Shown: piece by piece, positions 17,847 through 28,740 of the stretch
How the letters are laid out: the number at the start of each line of letters is the position of its first letter
Numbering within the stretch: position 1 is the stretch's first letter
Source: an uncultured Pseudomonadota bacterium
Lineage (GTDB): Bacteria; Pseudomonadota; Alphaproteobacteria; JACZXZ01
Reading direction: 5' to 3'
Assembly: GCA_963749075.1 (NCBI GenBank)
Contig: CAVVLJ010000020.1
Span: forward strand, 608,001 to 672,000
Length of the DNA stretch: 64,000 bases
The notes under the pieces: model-generated
Told to the model about the DNA's origin: nothing
The model's input: only the letters and a program-made list of their open reading frames with translations
Databases searched by the model: none
Program-made: the position numbers and the translations under genes

Positions 17847-18734
17847 TTGCGTGCTTTCGATGCCGCACTCGCCGTCTCGGCCGCCGCCGTCGAGGCCGCG
17901 CTCGAGCGCGTGCTCCCGACGGGGAGCGGCCCCGAGGCGCGCGTCTTTGCCGCCATGCGCTACGCCACGCTCGGCGGCGGCAAGCGCCTCAGGCCCTTTC
18001 TCGTGATCGAGGGTGCGCGGCTCTTCGGCGTGCCCGAGACCCATGCCACGCGTGCGGGTGCCGCGGTCGAGCTGGTGCACTGCTACTCCCTGGTGCACGA
18101 CGACCTGCCTGCCATGGACGACGACGAGCTGCGCCGCGGGCGTGCGACCTGCCACATCCAGTTCGACGAGGCGACGGCGATACTCGCGGGCGACGGGCTC
18201 TTGACCCTCGCTTTCGAGGTGCTGGCCGATCCGGCCACGCACCCGGATGCCGGCGTGCGCATAGCCCTCGTGGCAGCACTTGCCAAGGCGGCCGGGGCCG
18301 AGGGCATGGTCGGCGGCCAGATGTTCGACCTCGAGGCCGAGACGCGCGCGCTGGCGCTTCCGGAGATCAAGCGCCTCCAGCGCATGAAAACGGGCGCCCT
18401 CTTCGCCTTCTCCTGCGAGGCGGGCGCCATTCTCGGCCAGGCACCGGCCGCGGCGCGCCGGGCCCTCCTCGCCTATGCCGAGGACCTCGGTCTCGCCTTT
18501 CAGATCGCCGACGACCTGCTCGATGCCGAGGGCAGCGAGGCCGAGGTGGGGAAAAAAGTCGGCAAAGATGCCGCACTCGGCAAGGCCACCTTCGTTTCGC
18601 TTCTAGGTATTGAAAATGCCCGAAAAGAGGCACAAATGCTGGTGGGGCGCGCGGTTTCAAGCCTTGATATTTTTCATGAAAAATCGGAACCTCTAGCGGA
18701 ACTCGCCCGTTTTGTCATCGCGCGGCGGGCATAG
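17847..18734 (+). CDS. ispA: Farnesyl/geranyl diphosphate synthase
   Basis: [42 protein letters not shown]; start uncertain (TTG). Confidence 0.93.
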   Translation: MRAFDAALAVSAAAVEAALERVLPTGSGPEARVFAAMRYATLGGGKRLRPFLVIEGARLFGVPETHATRAGAAVELVHCYSLVHDDLPAMDDDELRRGRATCHIQFDEATAILAGDGLLTLAFEVLADPATHPDAGVRIALVAALAKAAGAEGMVGGQMFDLEAETRALALPEIKRLQRMKTGALFAFSCEAGAILGQAPAAARRALLAYAEDLGLAFQIADDLLDAEGSEAEVGKKVGKDAALGKATFVSLLGIENARKEAQMLVGRAVSSLDIFHEKSEPLAELARFVIARRA

Positions 18735-18771
18735 GGCGGGCAGCGGGCAGGCAGAGGAGGAGGAGGGGGAC

Positions 18772-20697
18772 GTGACAGGCCAATCCAGCACACCGGTTCT
18801 CGATCAGGTGAAGGAGCCCGCCGATCTGCGGCACTTCACGGTCGATCAGCTCAAGGAGCTGGCGGCGGACCTGCGCCGCGAGACGATCGACGCGGTCTCG
18901 GTCACCGGCGGCCACCTGGGCGCCGGGCTCGGCGTGGTCGAGCTCACGGTCGCCATCCACCATGTCTTCAACACGCCCGAGGACAAGCTCATCTGGGATG
19001 TGGGCCACCAGTCCTATCCGCACAAGATTCTCACCGGCCGGCGCGAGCGCATCCGCACGCTCCGCCAGGGCGGCGGGCTCTCCGGCTTCACCCGCCGCGT
19101 CGAGAGCGTCTACGATCCCTTCGGCGCCGCGCACAGCTCGACCTCGATCTCGGCCGGCCTCGGCATGGCGGTGGCGCGCGACCTCCAGGGCAAGAAGTTC
19201 AACGTCGTCTGCGTCATCGGCGACGGCGCCATGAGCGCCGGCATGGCCTATGAGGCGATGAACAATGCCGGCTCGCTGACGAGCCGCCTCGTCGTCATCC
19301 TCAACGACAACGACATGTCGATCGCACCCCCCGTGGGAGCCATGAGCGCCTATCTGGCGCGCCTCGTCTCCTCCAAGCCCTACCGCTCGCTGCGCCATCT
19401 CGGCAAGGAGATCAGCAAGCGCTTCCCGCGCTCGCTCGGCAACGCCGCGAAGCGTGCCGAGGAATACGCCCGCGGCCTCGTCACCGGCGGCACGCTCTTC
19501 GAGGAGCTCGGCTTCTTCTACGTGGGCCCCATCGACGGCCACAACCTCGACCACTTGCTGCCCGTGCTGCGCAACGTGCGCGACGCCGACGACGAGGGTC
19601 CCATCCTCATCCACGTGGTGACCCAGAAGGGCAAGGGCTATGCCCCGGCCGAGGCCTCCGCCGACAAGTATCACGGCGTCGCCAAGTTCGACATCGACAC
19701 CGGCAAGCAGGCCAAGTCCGCGACCAACGCGCCGGCCTACACCAAGGTGTTCGGCAACGCCCTCGTCAAGGAGGCGGAGAAGGACCCGCGCATCGTGGCG
19801 CTGACCGCCGCCATGCCGTCCGGCACCGGCGTCAACATCTTCGCCCAGCACTTCCCCGAGCGCGCCTTCGACGTGGGCATCGCCGAGCAGCACGGCGTCA
19901 CCTTCGCGGCGGGTCTCGCCACCCAGGGCATGAAGCCCTTCTGCGCCATCTACTCGACCTTCCTCCAGCGCGCCTACGACCAGGTCGTGCACGACGTGGC
20001 GATCCAGAAGCTGCCGGTGCGCTTCGTGCTCGACCGCGCGGGCTACGTGGGCGCCGACGGGCAGACCCACCACGGCGCCTTCGATCTGAGCTATCTCGGC
20101 TGCCTGCCCGAGTTCGTGCTGATGGCGCCGGCGGACGAGGCCGAGCTCGTGCATATGGTGGCGACCCAGGTGGCGATCGACGACCGGCCGAGCGCCATGC
20201 GCTATCCGCGCGGCGACGGCATCGGCGTGCCGATGCCCGAGGAGGGCGTGGCACTCGAGCTCGGCAAGGGCCGGATCTTACGCGAGGGCACGGCCTTAGC
20301 CATCCTCTCCTACGGCACGCGGCTCCAGGAGGCGCTCAAGGCGGCGGACGAGCTCGAGGCGCGCGGCCTCTCGACCACGGTGGCCGACGCCCGCTTCATG
20401 CGCCCGCTCGACGAGGCGCTGGTGCGCCGGCTCGCCGCCGAGCATCAGGTGCTCATCACCGTCGAGGAGGCCACGATCGGCGGCTTCGCGAGCCACGTCA
20501 TGCATTTCCTCGCCCACGCCGGCCTCTTGGACCGCGGCCAGCTCAAGTTCCGCCCGCTCTGCATGCCGAGCCGCGTCGTCGACCACGACAAGCCGGAGCT
20601 GCAGTACGACCTGGCCGGGCTCAACGCCAAGCATATCGTGGCGCAAGCGCTCGCGGCCCTGGGCCAGGAGCGGCTCGAGACGCTGATCCGCGCGTAG
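18772..20697 (+). CDS. dxs: 1-deoxy-D-xylulose-5-phosphate synthase
   Basis: [50 protein letters not shown]. Confidence 0.97.
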   Translation: MTGQSSTPVLDQVKEPADLRHFTVDQLKELAADLRRETIDAVSVTGGHLGAGLGVVELTVAIHHVFNTPEDKLIWDVGHQSYPHKILTGRRERIRTLRQGGGLSGFTRRVESVYDPFGAAHSSTSISAGLGMAVARDLQGKKFNVVCVIGDGAMSAGMAYEAMNNAGSLTSRLVVILNDNDMSIAPPVGAMSAYLARLVSSKPYRSLRHLGKEISKRFPRSLGNAAKRAEEYARGLVTGGTLFEELGFFYVGPIDGHNLDHLLPVLRNVRDADDEGPILIHVVTQKGKGYAPAEASADKYHGVAKFDIDTGKQAKSATNAPAYTKVFGNALVKEAEKDPRIVALTAAMPSGTGVNIFAQHFPERAFDVGIAEQHGVTFAAGLATQGMKPFCAIYSTFLQRAYDQVVHDVAIQKLPVRFVLDRAGYVGADGQTHHGAFDLSYLGCLPEFVLMAPADEAELVHMVATQVAIDDRPSAMRYPRGDGIGVPMPEEGVALELGKGRILREGTALAILSYGTRLQEALKAADELEARGLSTTVADARFMRPLDEALVRRLAAEHQVLITVEEATIGGFASHVMHFLAHAGLLDRGQLKFRPLCMPSRVVDHDKPELQYDLAGLNAKHIVAQALAALGQERLETLIRA

Positions 20698-20845
20698 CGC
20701 GGGGCGGAGGCAACTCTCGCTCGCTCGGTCGCTCCGCCGCCCGCTCCTCCCGCTCACGGGTGGGCTACGGGATTAACACAAAGCCGAGGATTGTCGGCAA
20801 AGCGTGGTATTGCGCTGTGCAAAGGCGCCTCGGTCCGGTTGCGGT

Positions 20846-20957
20846 GGGTCCTTCGAGACGCTCGCTACGCTCGCTCAGGATGAGTTTAAGTCCTTCCGCC
20901 ACACGCGATTTTACTCATCCTGAGGAGCGCCCCGAAGGGGCGCGTCTCGAAGGACCC
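20846..20957. repeat. Palindromic intergenic element (REP/RIME-like) made of two inverted units
   Basis: Perfect 16-bp IR GGGTCCTTCGAGACGC (20846-20861) / GCGTCTCGAAGGACCC (20942-20957); inner 12-bp IR CTCAGGATGAGT (20874-20885) / ACTCATCCTGAG (20913-20924). Confidence 0.8.
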
Positions 20958-21028
20958 GCGGCGGCGCTGTAAGCTTCGTCAAAACGCGTGAATGCCGCGG
21001 CTACGGCCGCGCGAAAGAAGGAGCTCAC

Positions 21029-21316
21029 ATGATGAAGAAGAAGGGCCGCATCGGATCGTCCTTCGACGAATTCCTGAAGCATGAGGGCATTTACGAGGAG
21101 GTGACGGCGCGCGCCATCAAGCGCGTGATCGCCCGGCAGCTCGATGCCCTGATGCGGGATCAAGGCCTCTCGAAATCCGCACTTGCCAAGCGCATGCAGA
21201 CCAGCCGCGCGCAGCTCGATCGCCTGCTCGACCCGGAAAACGAGTCGGTCACGCTCACCACGCTCACGCGCGCCGCGCAAGCCGTCGGGCGGCAGCTGCG
21301 CATGGAATTGGTGTGA
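21029..21316 (+). CDS. XRE-family HTH protein, HigA-like antitoxin without a cognate toxin
   Basis: IGSSFDEFL..EGI, AIKRVIA, LAKRMQTSRAQLDRLLDP..SVTL.TL. Confidence 0.8.
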   Translation: MMKKKGRIGSSFDEFLKHEGIYEEVTARAIKRVIARQLDALMRDQGLSKSALAKRMQTSRAQLDRLLDPENESVTLTTLTRAAQAVGRQLRMELV

Positions 21317-21363
21317 AGCGCCCCACGCCCCTCCGAGCGGTGTCGCCGATGGGAGCGCGCAGC

Positions 21364-22125
21364 ATGCCCAGGCCCTCGACCAGGACCCGGCTCGACCAGC
21401 TCCTCGTGGCGCGCGGGCTCGCCGAGAGCCGCAGCCGCGCCCAGGCGCTCGTCATGGCGGGGCTCGTCTATAGCGGCGAGCGGCGGCTCGACAAGCCGGG
21501 CGCTCTGGTGGCGGAGGATATCGAGCTCGCCTTGCGCGGCCGCGATCACCCTTGGGTGTCGCGCGGCGGGCTCAAGCTCGCGGCGGCGCTCGACCATTTC
21601 GCCATCGATCCGCACGGCCTCACCGCGCTCGACATCGGCGCCTCCACGGGCGGCTTCACCGACGTGCTGCTGGCGCGCGGCGCTCGGCGCGTCTACGCGG
21701 TCGACGTGGGCCACGGCCAGCTCGCCTGGAAGCTGCGCCAGGACCCGCACGTCGCGGTGCTGGAGCGCACCAACGCGCGCCATTTGAGCCGCGCGCAAGT
21801 GCCCGAGCCGATCGAGCTCATCGTCTGCGACGCGAGCTTCATCGGCCTCGCCACGGTACTTCCCGCAAGCCTGGCACTGGCCGCACCCGGCGCCTTCCTC
21901 ATCGCCCTCATCAAGCCGCAGTTCGAGGTCGGCCCCGGCCAGGTGGGGAAGGGCGGCATCGTGCGCGACGAGCAACTCCGCGAGGCCGTTTGCGAGCGCA
22001 TCCGCCGCTTCCTCGCGGAGCAGCCGGGCTGGACCGTGCTCGGCCTCATGGCAAGCCCGATCGCGGGTGCCGACGGCAACAAGGAGTTCCTCATCGCAGG
22101 ACACCTCGCGGAGCGCCCGCCGTGA
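21364..22125 (+). CDS. tlyA: TlyA rRNA 2'-O-methyltransferase (S4 + FtsJ)
   Basis: RLDQLLV, VSRGGLKL, DIGASTGGFTD, DVGHGQL, LIKPQFE, SPIAGADGNKEF. Confidence 0.93.
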   Translation: MPRPSTRTRLDQLLVARGLAESRSRAQALVMAGLVYSGERRLDKPGALVAEDIELALRGRDHPWVSRGGLKLAAALDHFAIDPHGLTALDIGASTGGFTDVLLARGARRVYAVDVGHGQLAWKLRQDPHVAVLERTNARHLSRAQVPEPIELIVCDASFIGLATVLPASLALAAPGAFLIALIKPQFEVGPGQVGKGGIVRDEQLREAVCERIRRFLAEQPGWTVLGLMASPIAGADGNKEFLIAGHLAERPP

Positions 22126-23399
22126 GGCACGAGCTCGAGGTCACGATCGAGGAGATCGGCGCGCGCGGCGACGGCATTGCCAGGCTCGCCGATGGCGGCC
22201 GCCTCTACGTGCCCTTCACCGTGCCGGGCGACCGCGCCCGCGTCCGCCTGGGAGATCGGCACCCCGACGGCTATGCCGGCCGCGTGGTCGAGCTCCTCGC
22301 CGAGGGTGCCGGGCGGGCGGCGCCCGCCTGCCGCCATTTCGGGAGTTGCGGCGGCTGCGCGCTCCAGCATCTCGACGAGGCCCATTACCGGCGCTGGAAG
22401 CTGGCACTTCTCGAGACGGCGCTCGCGCGCCAAAAGATCGCGCCTGGGGCGATCCGTCCGCTCCTCGTGAGCCCGCCCGCGAGCCGGCGCCGCGCCGAGC
22501 TCGCCGCCGTGCGGCGCAAGAGCGATCTCGTGCTCGGTTTCCACGCGCGGGCGAGCCACCAGGTCATCGATCTCGCGGAATGCCCGGTGCTGCGGCCGGC
22601 CATCGTTGCACTCCTGGCGCCGCTCCGCGAGCTCCTCTTCGCCGTCCTCGAGCCGGGCGGCCGCGCCGATGCGCTGGTGACGGAAAGCGACAGCGGCCTC
22701 GACCTCCTCCTCGTGAGCGACGCCGCGCTCGGCCTCAAGCGCCGCGAGCGCCTCGCCGCCTTCGCCGAGGCGGCCGATCTCGCGCGCATCGCGCGCCGCC
22801 ATCCCATGGGCTCCGGCGCCGAGCCGATCGTCGAGCGCCGGCCCGTGCGCGCCCGCTTCGGCGATACGGCGGTCGAGCTGCCACCCGGAGCCTTTCTCCA
22901 GCCGACGCGGGAGGGCGAGGCGGCACTCGGCCGTGCCGTCGCGGAAGCGGTCGGCGGCGCCCGCCGCATCGCCGACCTCTATGCCGGCTGCGGCACCTTT
23001 GCCCTGCCGCTAGCCGCGGCCGGGCGGCAGGTGCGGGCGTTCGAGGCCGAGAAGCACGCGGTCGCGGCGCTTGACGCTGCAAGTCGAGCCGCGGCCGGCC
23101 GGCTGCGACTTGCGGCCGAGGAGCGCGATCTCGCACGCCGGCCCCTCGAGCGAGAGGAGCTCGCCCGCACGGATGCCGTCGTCATCGACCCGCCGCGCGC
23201 GGGCGCCAAGGCGCAGGCCGCGGCCCTCGCCGCGAGCGGCGTCGCGCGTATCGCCGCGGTCTCGTGCAATCCCGCGACCTTCGCGCGCGACGCGCGCATC
23301 CTCGCCGACGGCGGCTACGGAATCGAGTGGATCCAGCCGGTCGACCAATTCCTGTGGTCGCCGCACCTCGAGCTGGTGGCGTGCTTGAGCCGGCGCTGA
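22122..23399 (+). CDS. rlmD: 23S rRNA (uracil-5)-methyltransferase RlmD/TrmA family
   Basis: TRAM N-terminus, CRHFGSCGGC, FLQ, DLYAGCG, DPPRAG, VSCNPATFARD, DQF..S.HLE. Confidence 0.85.
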   Translation: MRHELEVTIEEIGARGDGIARLADGGRLYVPFTVPGDRARVRLGDRHPDGYAGRVVELLAEGAGRAAPACRHFGSCGGCALQHLDEAHYRRWKLALLETALARQKIAPGAIRPLLVSPPASRRRAELAAVRRKSDLVLGFHARASHQVIDLAECPVLRPAIVALLAPLRELLFAVLEPGGRADALVTESDSGLDLLLVSDAALGLKRRERLAAFAEAADLARIARRHPMGSGAEPIVERRPVRARFGDTAVELPPGAFLQPTREGEAALGRAVAEAVGGARRIADLYAGCGTFALPLAAAGRQVRAFEAEKHAVAALDAASRAAAGRLRLAAEERDLARRPLEREELARTDAVVIDPPRAGAKAQAAALAASGVARIAAVSCNPATFARDARILADGGYGIEWIQPVDQFLWSPHLELVACLSRR

Positions 23400-23513
23400 G
23401 GCGCTTCAAAGCGGCCGCGGGTTCCCCTATCCTCTTGAGGTGCTGCCGACCGGCGAGCTTTGCGCAGGAGCGGCGATGCTGCCGCGTATGAGCGAAGCGT
23501 CCGTGTGCCTAGA

Positions 23514-25122
23514 ATGGAGACCGGCTCCCGCATGGCCCGACCCGCCCGTCCCACGGCCGATTGGGTGATCTCGGCCCTCGGGCGCGCCGCTTACGGCGCG
23601 CGGCCGGAGGACGTGGCCGAGCTCACTCAGCACGGCTTCGCACCCTGGGTCGAGGCGCAGCTCGTACCGCGCGAGGAGGAGGACGGCGGCGCGCACGAGC
23701 GCCTGGCCCGCCTCAAGCTCCGCATCCGCCATGGCGCCAACGCGAAATGGCCGGCGCTCGACGAGATGCGGCCGCTTACCCTCCTCGACCGCCCGATCGA
23801 GGAGAGCTGGGACCTCATCGTCCGGCGCGGCGGCATGGACGGCGCCGAGCGCCGCCGCGCGCGCGAGGAGGTGACGGCGGCGACCATCCTCCGCGCGGTG
23901 CACAGCCGCTGGCAGCTGCGCGAGGTGCTGGCGAGCTTCTGGCACGACCACTTCAACGTCGATGCCTATTCGAGCGACGAGATCTCGGTGGCGCTGCCCT
24001 CTTACGACCGCGAGGTGATCCGCCGCCACGCGCTCGGCAATTTCCGCGACTTCCTCGAGGCGGTCGCCACCAGCACGGCGATGCTCTATTACCTCTCGAA
24101 CCGCAGCTCGCGCGCTGGTGCCGCCAACGAGAATTACGGCCGCGAGCTTTTCGAGCTGCATACGCTTGGCAGCACCGCCTATCTCAACGACCGCTACGAC
24201 CGCTGGCGCTCGGTGCCCGGTGCAGCCAAGGGCGCTCCCGTGGGCTACATCGACGAGGACGTCTACGAATCCGCGCGCGCCTTCACCGGCTGGACCGTCG
24301 AGGACGGCAGCGGCATCGACGGCCGGCGCAAGCTGCCCGCGACCGGCCGCTTCGCCTACGTCGAAATCCTGGCACGACGGCTACCAGAAGCGCGTGCTGG
24401 CGAACGAGTTCAAGGAATTCGCACCCGCCATGGCGGACGGCAGGCGCGTGCTCGATCTCGTGGCCGCCCATCCGGCGACCGCGCGCGCCATTGCGACGAA
24501 GCTCTGCCGCCGCTTCATCGGCGACGATCCGCCGCCAAGCGCGATCGCCGCGGCACTGCGCACCTGGACGGCCGCGCGCCGCGCCAAGGACCAGATCGCA
24601 GTGACCGTACGCACCATCCTCCTCTCGCCGGAATTCGCCGCGGCGCGCGGCCGCAAGGTGCGCCGGCCGCTGGCGCTTGCCGCCGCCTTCGCGCGCGCTC
24701 TCGGCCTCGACCTCATGCCGAGCGAGCCCTTGTGGAACGAGCTCGCCAACGGCGGCCAGCGCCTCTTCGGCTTTCCGCCGCCGACCGGGCTTCCCGACGA
24801 GGGCGCCTATTTCCTCGGCGCCAACAGCATGCGGCGGCGCTGGACGCTGGTGCTGGCGCTCGCCGAGAACTGGTGGGGCACGGGCGAGCTGCCGCTCCCG
24901 CCTCTCCTCGCGGCAGCGCCGGCGACGCCGCGCGCCGCCATCGGGCATTTCCTCAATGCGATGCAGGGCCGTGCCGAGGCGGCGAGCGTCGAGGCCGTGC
25001 TCGGCGGCCTCGGCTGGCCGGCGGACGAGCCGCTCGGCGACCCCGGGCGGCCCGACGCGATGAAACGGCTCGCGCGCATCGCCGCCTTAGCTGCCATGGC
25101 GCCCGAGTTCCAGAGCGCCTGA
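23514..25122 (+). pseudogene. DUF1800-family protein with a single frameshift at about 24365 (possibly assembly error)
   Basis: QLREVLASFWHDHFN, AMLYYL, NENYGRELFELHTLG, ARAFTGWT in the first frame; WHD..K, HPATARAIATKL..F, ILLSPEF, APEFQ in the next frame; removing one A from GAAATCC joins them. Confidence 0.8.
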
Positions 25123-25131
25123 GGAGCCGCC

Positions 25132-26430
25132 ATGACGCTCACGCGACGCGACATCCTCCGGCACGGGCTTGCGGCAGGCGCCGGGGTGGCGCTGGTGCCG
25201 GGCTTGCGCCGCCTCTCCTTCGCGGCCGACGGCGTCGAGCGCCCGCTCCTCGTCATCGTGCACCTGCGCGGCGGCTGCGACGGGCTCAACCTCATCTCGC
25301 CGGCGAGCGATGCGGACTTCATCGCGGCGCGCGCCTCGGACCTGCGCGTCGGCAGCGACGGGCCGGATGCCGGGCACGCGCTCGCGAACGGCCCCGATCC
25401 GGGCATCGATTTCCGCCTCCACCCTGCTGCGGGCGGGCTCGCCGAGCTCTACAAGAGCGGCGAGCTCGCCTTCGTCCACGCCGTGGGCTTGAGCGATGCC
25501 ACGCGCAGCCACTTCGTCGCAACCGACATGATCGAGCACGGCGTCGCCGGCGCCGCCGCACTCGCCCGAACGGCCACCGGCTGGCTCGCGCGCTACCAGC
25601 AGAGCCGCGGCGGCGAGCGGCCCACGAGCGCCGTCTCGGCCGCGGCGGCGCCGAGCGGCGAGCTCGCGGGCGACGCGGCGGCGCTCGCGCTGCCCGATCT
25701 CGGCGGCGGCTTCACCGCACCGGGCGGGCCGCAGGCGAGCGAGGTGCTGCGCCGGCTCTACGAGGCGGCGCCGGGGCCGGCCGCGGCGGCGGGCCGCGCC
25801 TCGCTCGCCGCCATGCAGCTCGTCGACCAGCGCCTGCCGCGCGACGCGCAGAACCGCCCGCTGCCTTACGCCCCCGAGCATGCGGCCAATTACGACCGGG
25901 CGGGCGATCTCGCACGCCCGCTGCGCACCGTGGCCCAGCTCGCCAAGCTCGAGATCGGCCTCGAGGCCGCCACCGTCGACATCGGCGGCTGGGACACCCA
26001 CGAGTACCAGCCGGGCCGCTTCCGCAATGCGGTCGAGCGACTGTCGAGCGGCATCGGCGCCTTCTACGAGGACATGTGGCGCTCTCGCGACCGGCTCATC
26101 CTCGTGACGGTGAGCGAGTTCGGCCGCCGCCTGCGCTCGAACCGCAGCAACGGCACCGACCACGGCCGCGCCGGCGTGATGGCCGTCCTCGGCGGCAGGG
26201 TGGCCGGCGGCCGCATCTACGGGCGCTGGCCGGGGCTCGCCTCGCACGAGCTCGACGAGGGGGTCGATCTCGCGGTCGCCACCGACTACCGCCAGGTGCT
26301 CGGCGAGGTGCTCGCAGCCCATGCGGGCAAGCCATTGGCCGCCGCGGTCTTCCCCGGCTACGCCATGGCCAGGCCGCTCGGCCTCTTCCGCCGCACGGCC
26401 GCCGCCGCGAGCACCCTCAAGCGCGGCTAG
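25132..26430 (+). CDS. DUF1501-family protein with Tat signal
   Basis: TRRDIL Tat motif, LRGGCDGL, RSHF, GGWDTH, SEFGR, GTDHG; usual partner of DUF1800. Confidence 0.88.
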   Translation: MTLTRRDILRHGLAAGAGVALVPGLRRLSFAADGVERPLLVIVHLRGGCDGLNLISPASDADFIAARASDLRVGSDGPDAGHALANGPDPGIDFRLHPAAGGLAELYKSGELAFVHAVGLSDATRSHFVATDMIEHGVAGAAALARTATGWLARYQQSRGGERPTSAVSAAAAPSGELAGDAAALALPDLGGGFTAPGGPQASEVLRRLYEAAPGPAAAAGRASLAAMQLVDQRLPRDAQNRPLPYAPEHAANYDRAGDLARPLRTVAQLAKLEIGLEAATVDIGGWDTHEYQPGRFRNAVERLSSGIGAFYEDMWRSRDRLILVTVSEFGRRLRSNRSNGTDHGRAGVMAVLGGRVAGGRIYGRWPGLASHELDEGVDLAVATDYRQVLGEVLAAHAGKPLAAAVFPGYAMARPLGLFRRTAAAASTLKRG

Positions 26431-26576
26431 CATTGCGGCCCCGTCTGCCGGCGGCCTCTTTCCCTAGGCCGCTCGGCGGCGGAGGCATTTGCCGCTTATT
26501 TCCCGCCGGAATGTCGTAATATGCCGGTCTGGCATTCTCGGTCCGGGAGCCTCGCAATTCCTGCAGGAGCGGTCGA

Positions 26577-27260
26577 ATGCGCTGTCTCGTGATCGAGGAC
26601 GAGGTCGAGACCGCGCGCTACATCTGCAACGGCCTCAAAGAGGCGGGCTTCGCCGTGGTGTGGTGCGGCAACGGCGTCGACGGGCTGCATCTGGCGACCG
26701 GCGAGCGATGGGACATCATCGTCCTCGACCGCATGCTCCCGGGCGAGATCGAGGGCCTGTCGATCGTCCGGACCGTCCGCGAGCTTGGCAAGACGACGCC
26801 TGTCCTGATCCTGAGCGCCCTTGCGAGCCTCGACGAGCGCGTGCGCGGGCTCGACGGCGGCGGCGACGATTACCTCACCAAGCCGTTCGCGTTCTCCGAG
26901 TTGCTTGCCCGCGTGCACGCCCTGCTGCGCCGCTCGGGGATGCAGCCGGAAGAGATTTCCGAGCTCTCGATCGCCGACTTGAAGCTCGACCTGAGGCGGC
27001 GCAAGGTCGAGCGCGCCGCGGTTCCGATCGCGTTGCAACCGCGGGAATTCCGCCTGCTCGAATATCTGGTCCGTCACCAGGGACAGGTGGTCACCCGCAC
27101 CATGCTTCTCGAGTCGGTATGGGATTATCACTTCGATCCGCAGACCAATGTCATCAACGTCCAGATCAGCCGGCTGCGCCAGAAGATAGACAAGGGCTTC
27201 TCGCCGGCGCTCCTGCATACTCTGCGCGGCGTCGGCTACATCATGAGCGTCAATGACTAA
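26577..27260 (+). CDS. OmpR-family response regulator (CusR/CopR-like)
   Basis: IEDE, LDRMLP, DDYLTKPF, VWDYHFDPQTNVINVQISRLRQKID, LHTLRGVGY. Confidence 0.93.
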   Translation: MRCLVIEDEVETARYICNGLKEAGFAVVWCGNGVDGLHLATGERWDIIVLDRMLPGEIEGLSIVRTVRELGKTTPVLILSALASLDERVRGLDGGGDDYLTKPFAFSELLARVHALLRRSGMQPEEISELSIADLKLDLRRRKVERAAVPIALQPREFRLLEYLVRHQGQVVTRTMLLESVWDYHFDPQTNVINVQISRLRQKIDKGFSPALLHTLRGVGYIMSVND

Positions 27261-28701
27261 GCTGTGGAATTCCGTCTCGTTCCGCCTGGCGCTGGGCCAC
27301 GGCGCGCTGATGATCTGCGCCATGGCGATGATTTCATGGGCGGTCTATTTCGGCACCGTCGGCGTGCTCAACCGCGGGATCGACGCGAAGCTCTTCGCGA
27401 CCTCGCGACGGCTCTCTCAGCAATTCGAGATAAGCGGCATCGAACGGCTCAGGCGCGATATAGACGGGCTCCTGACGGACGGCATAGATCAGGACACGGA
27501 AGTCTACCTCCTTCTCGACGCGGGCGGGCGGCGGATGACGGGCAATCTCTCAGGATGGAACGCCGCTCAGATGCCCTTTGAGCGCCTGACCGATCAGGTG
27601 GCGACCCGGAGCGAGCTCGGCGCCGATCACGATCAGCCGTCGGTCAGCCGGCTCCTGCCGCACCGATTGTCGAATGGCGCCGTGCTCGTGGTCGGCCGCG
27701 ACATACAGGATATACGCGAGATCGAGCAGCTCGTGCTCCGCGCTCTTACCGTGGGGGGCGGAGTGACCTTGCTGCTTGCGATCGGCGGCGTCTTCCTGCT
27801 GCGCCGGCAGCTCGAGCACCGCGTCGCGGTGATCCGCCGGACGGCCCTCGAGATCGAAGCCGGAGACTTGAGCCGTCGCATCCCCGTATCCGATACGCCG
27901 GACGAGTTCAGCCGGCTGAGCGGCGACATCAACCATATGCTCGACCGCATCCAGCATTTGATGGACGGCGTGCGGGACGTCTCCAATGCCATCGCGCACG
28001 ATCTGCGCACACCGCTCGGCCGCATCCGAAGCTTGCTCGACGAGGCGCTGCTGCCCGGCAAGGGAGCGAAGCGCCTCTCCGAGGCCGCCGTCGCCGCGAT
28101 CGGCGGGATCGACGAGCTCATCACCGTCTTCGACAAGCTCCTGCAGATCGCGGAGGCTGAGTCGGGGACCCGGCGCCAGTCCTTCCGACCCGTCGCACTC
28201 AGGGAGGTGATCACCGACGTCGTCGAGCTCTACGATGCCGCCGCCGAAGCAAAGGACATCTCCCTTGCGGTCGAGATCGACGGCGAGCCTATGACGCTCG
28301 GCGACAAGGACCTGTTGCGCAGCGCCACGGCAAACCTCATCGACAATGCACTTAAATATGCCGGCAGCGGTGCCGCCGTGCGTGTCCGCGCGGCGCAAGA
28401 CCAGAGCACCGCGTCGATCGTCGTCGAGGACGACGGACCCGGCATTCCGCCCGAGGAGCTGGCAAAAGTCGCCACGCGGTTCTATCGCCTCGATCGCAGC
28501 CGGAGCCTTCCCGGCAACGGTCTCGGGCTTCCGATCGTGGCCGCCATCGGCCGTCTTCACGGCGGAACGGTCTCTTTGGAAAGCGCCCATCCCGGCCTCA
28601 TCGCGCGCATCGTCCTTCCGCGCGCAAGCGTCGCGGCGCGCAGTGCTGCCGCAATGGAGACGGCCTCCAGGGTGCGCGCGGCCAGCAACACGCCGGTCTG
28701 A
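27253..28701 (+). CDS. Sensor histidine kinase (2 TM, HAMP)
   Basis: AHDLRTPL H-box, NLIDNALKY, DDGPGI, GNGLGL. Confidence 0.93.
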   Translation: MTKLWNSVSFRLALGHGALMICAMAMISWAVYFGTVGVLNRGIDAKLFATSRRLSQQFEISGIERLRRDIDGLLTDGIDQDTEVYLLLDAGGRRMTGNLSGWNAAQMPFERLTDQVATRSELGADHDQPSVSRLLPHRLSNGAVLVVGRDIQDIREIEQLVLRALTVGGGVTLLLAIGGVFLLRRQLEHRVAVIRRTALEIEAGDLSRRIPVSDTPDEFSRLSGDINHMLDRIQHLMDGVRDVSNAIAHDLRTPLGRIRSLLDEALLPGKGAKRLSEAAVAAIGGIDELITVFDKLLQIAEAESGTRRQSFRPVALREVITDVVELYDAAAEAKDISLAVEIDGEPMTLGDKDLLRSATANLIDNALKYAGSGAAVRVRAAQDQSTASIVVEDDGPGIPPEELAKVATRFYRLDRSRSLPGNGLGLPIVAAIGRLHGGTVSLESAHPGLIARIVLPRASVAARSAAAMETASRVRAASNTPV

Positions 28702-28740
28702 GCCGCCGCCAAAGGGCTCCCGCCCGATCGTGGAGCCAGG

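Noticed and set aside
23460-26519. 1019-aa ORF suggesting a DUF1800 mega-fusion
   Set aside because: After the frameshift at about 24365 it runs through non-coding frames; DUF1501 has its own SD, start and Tat signal
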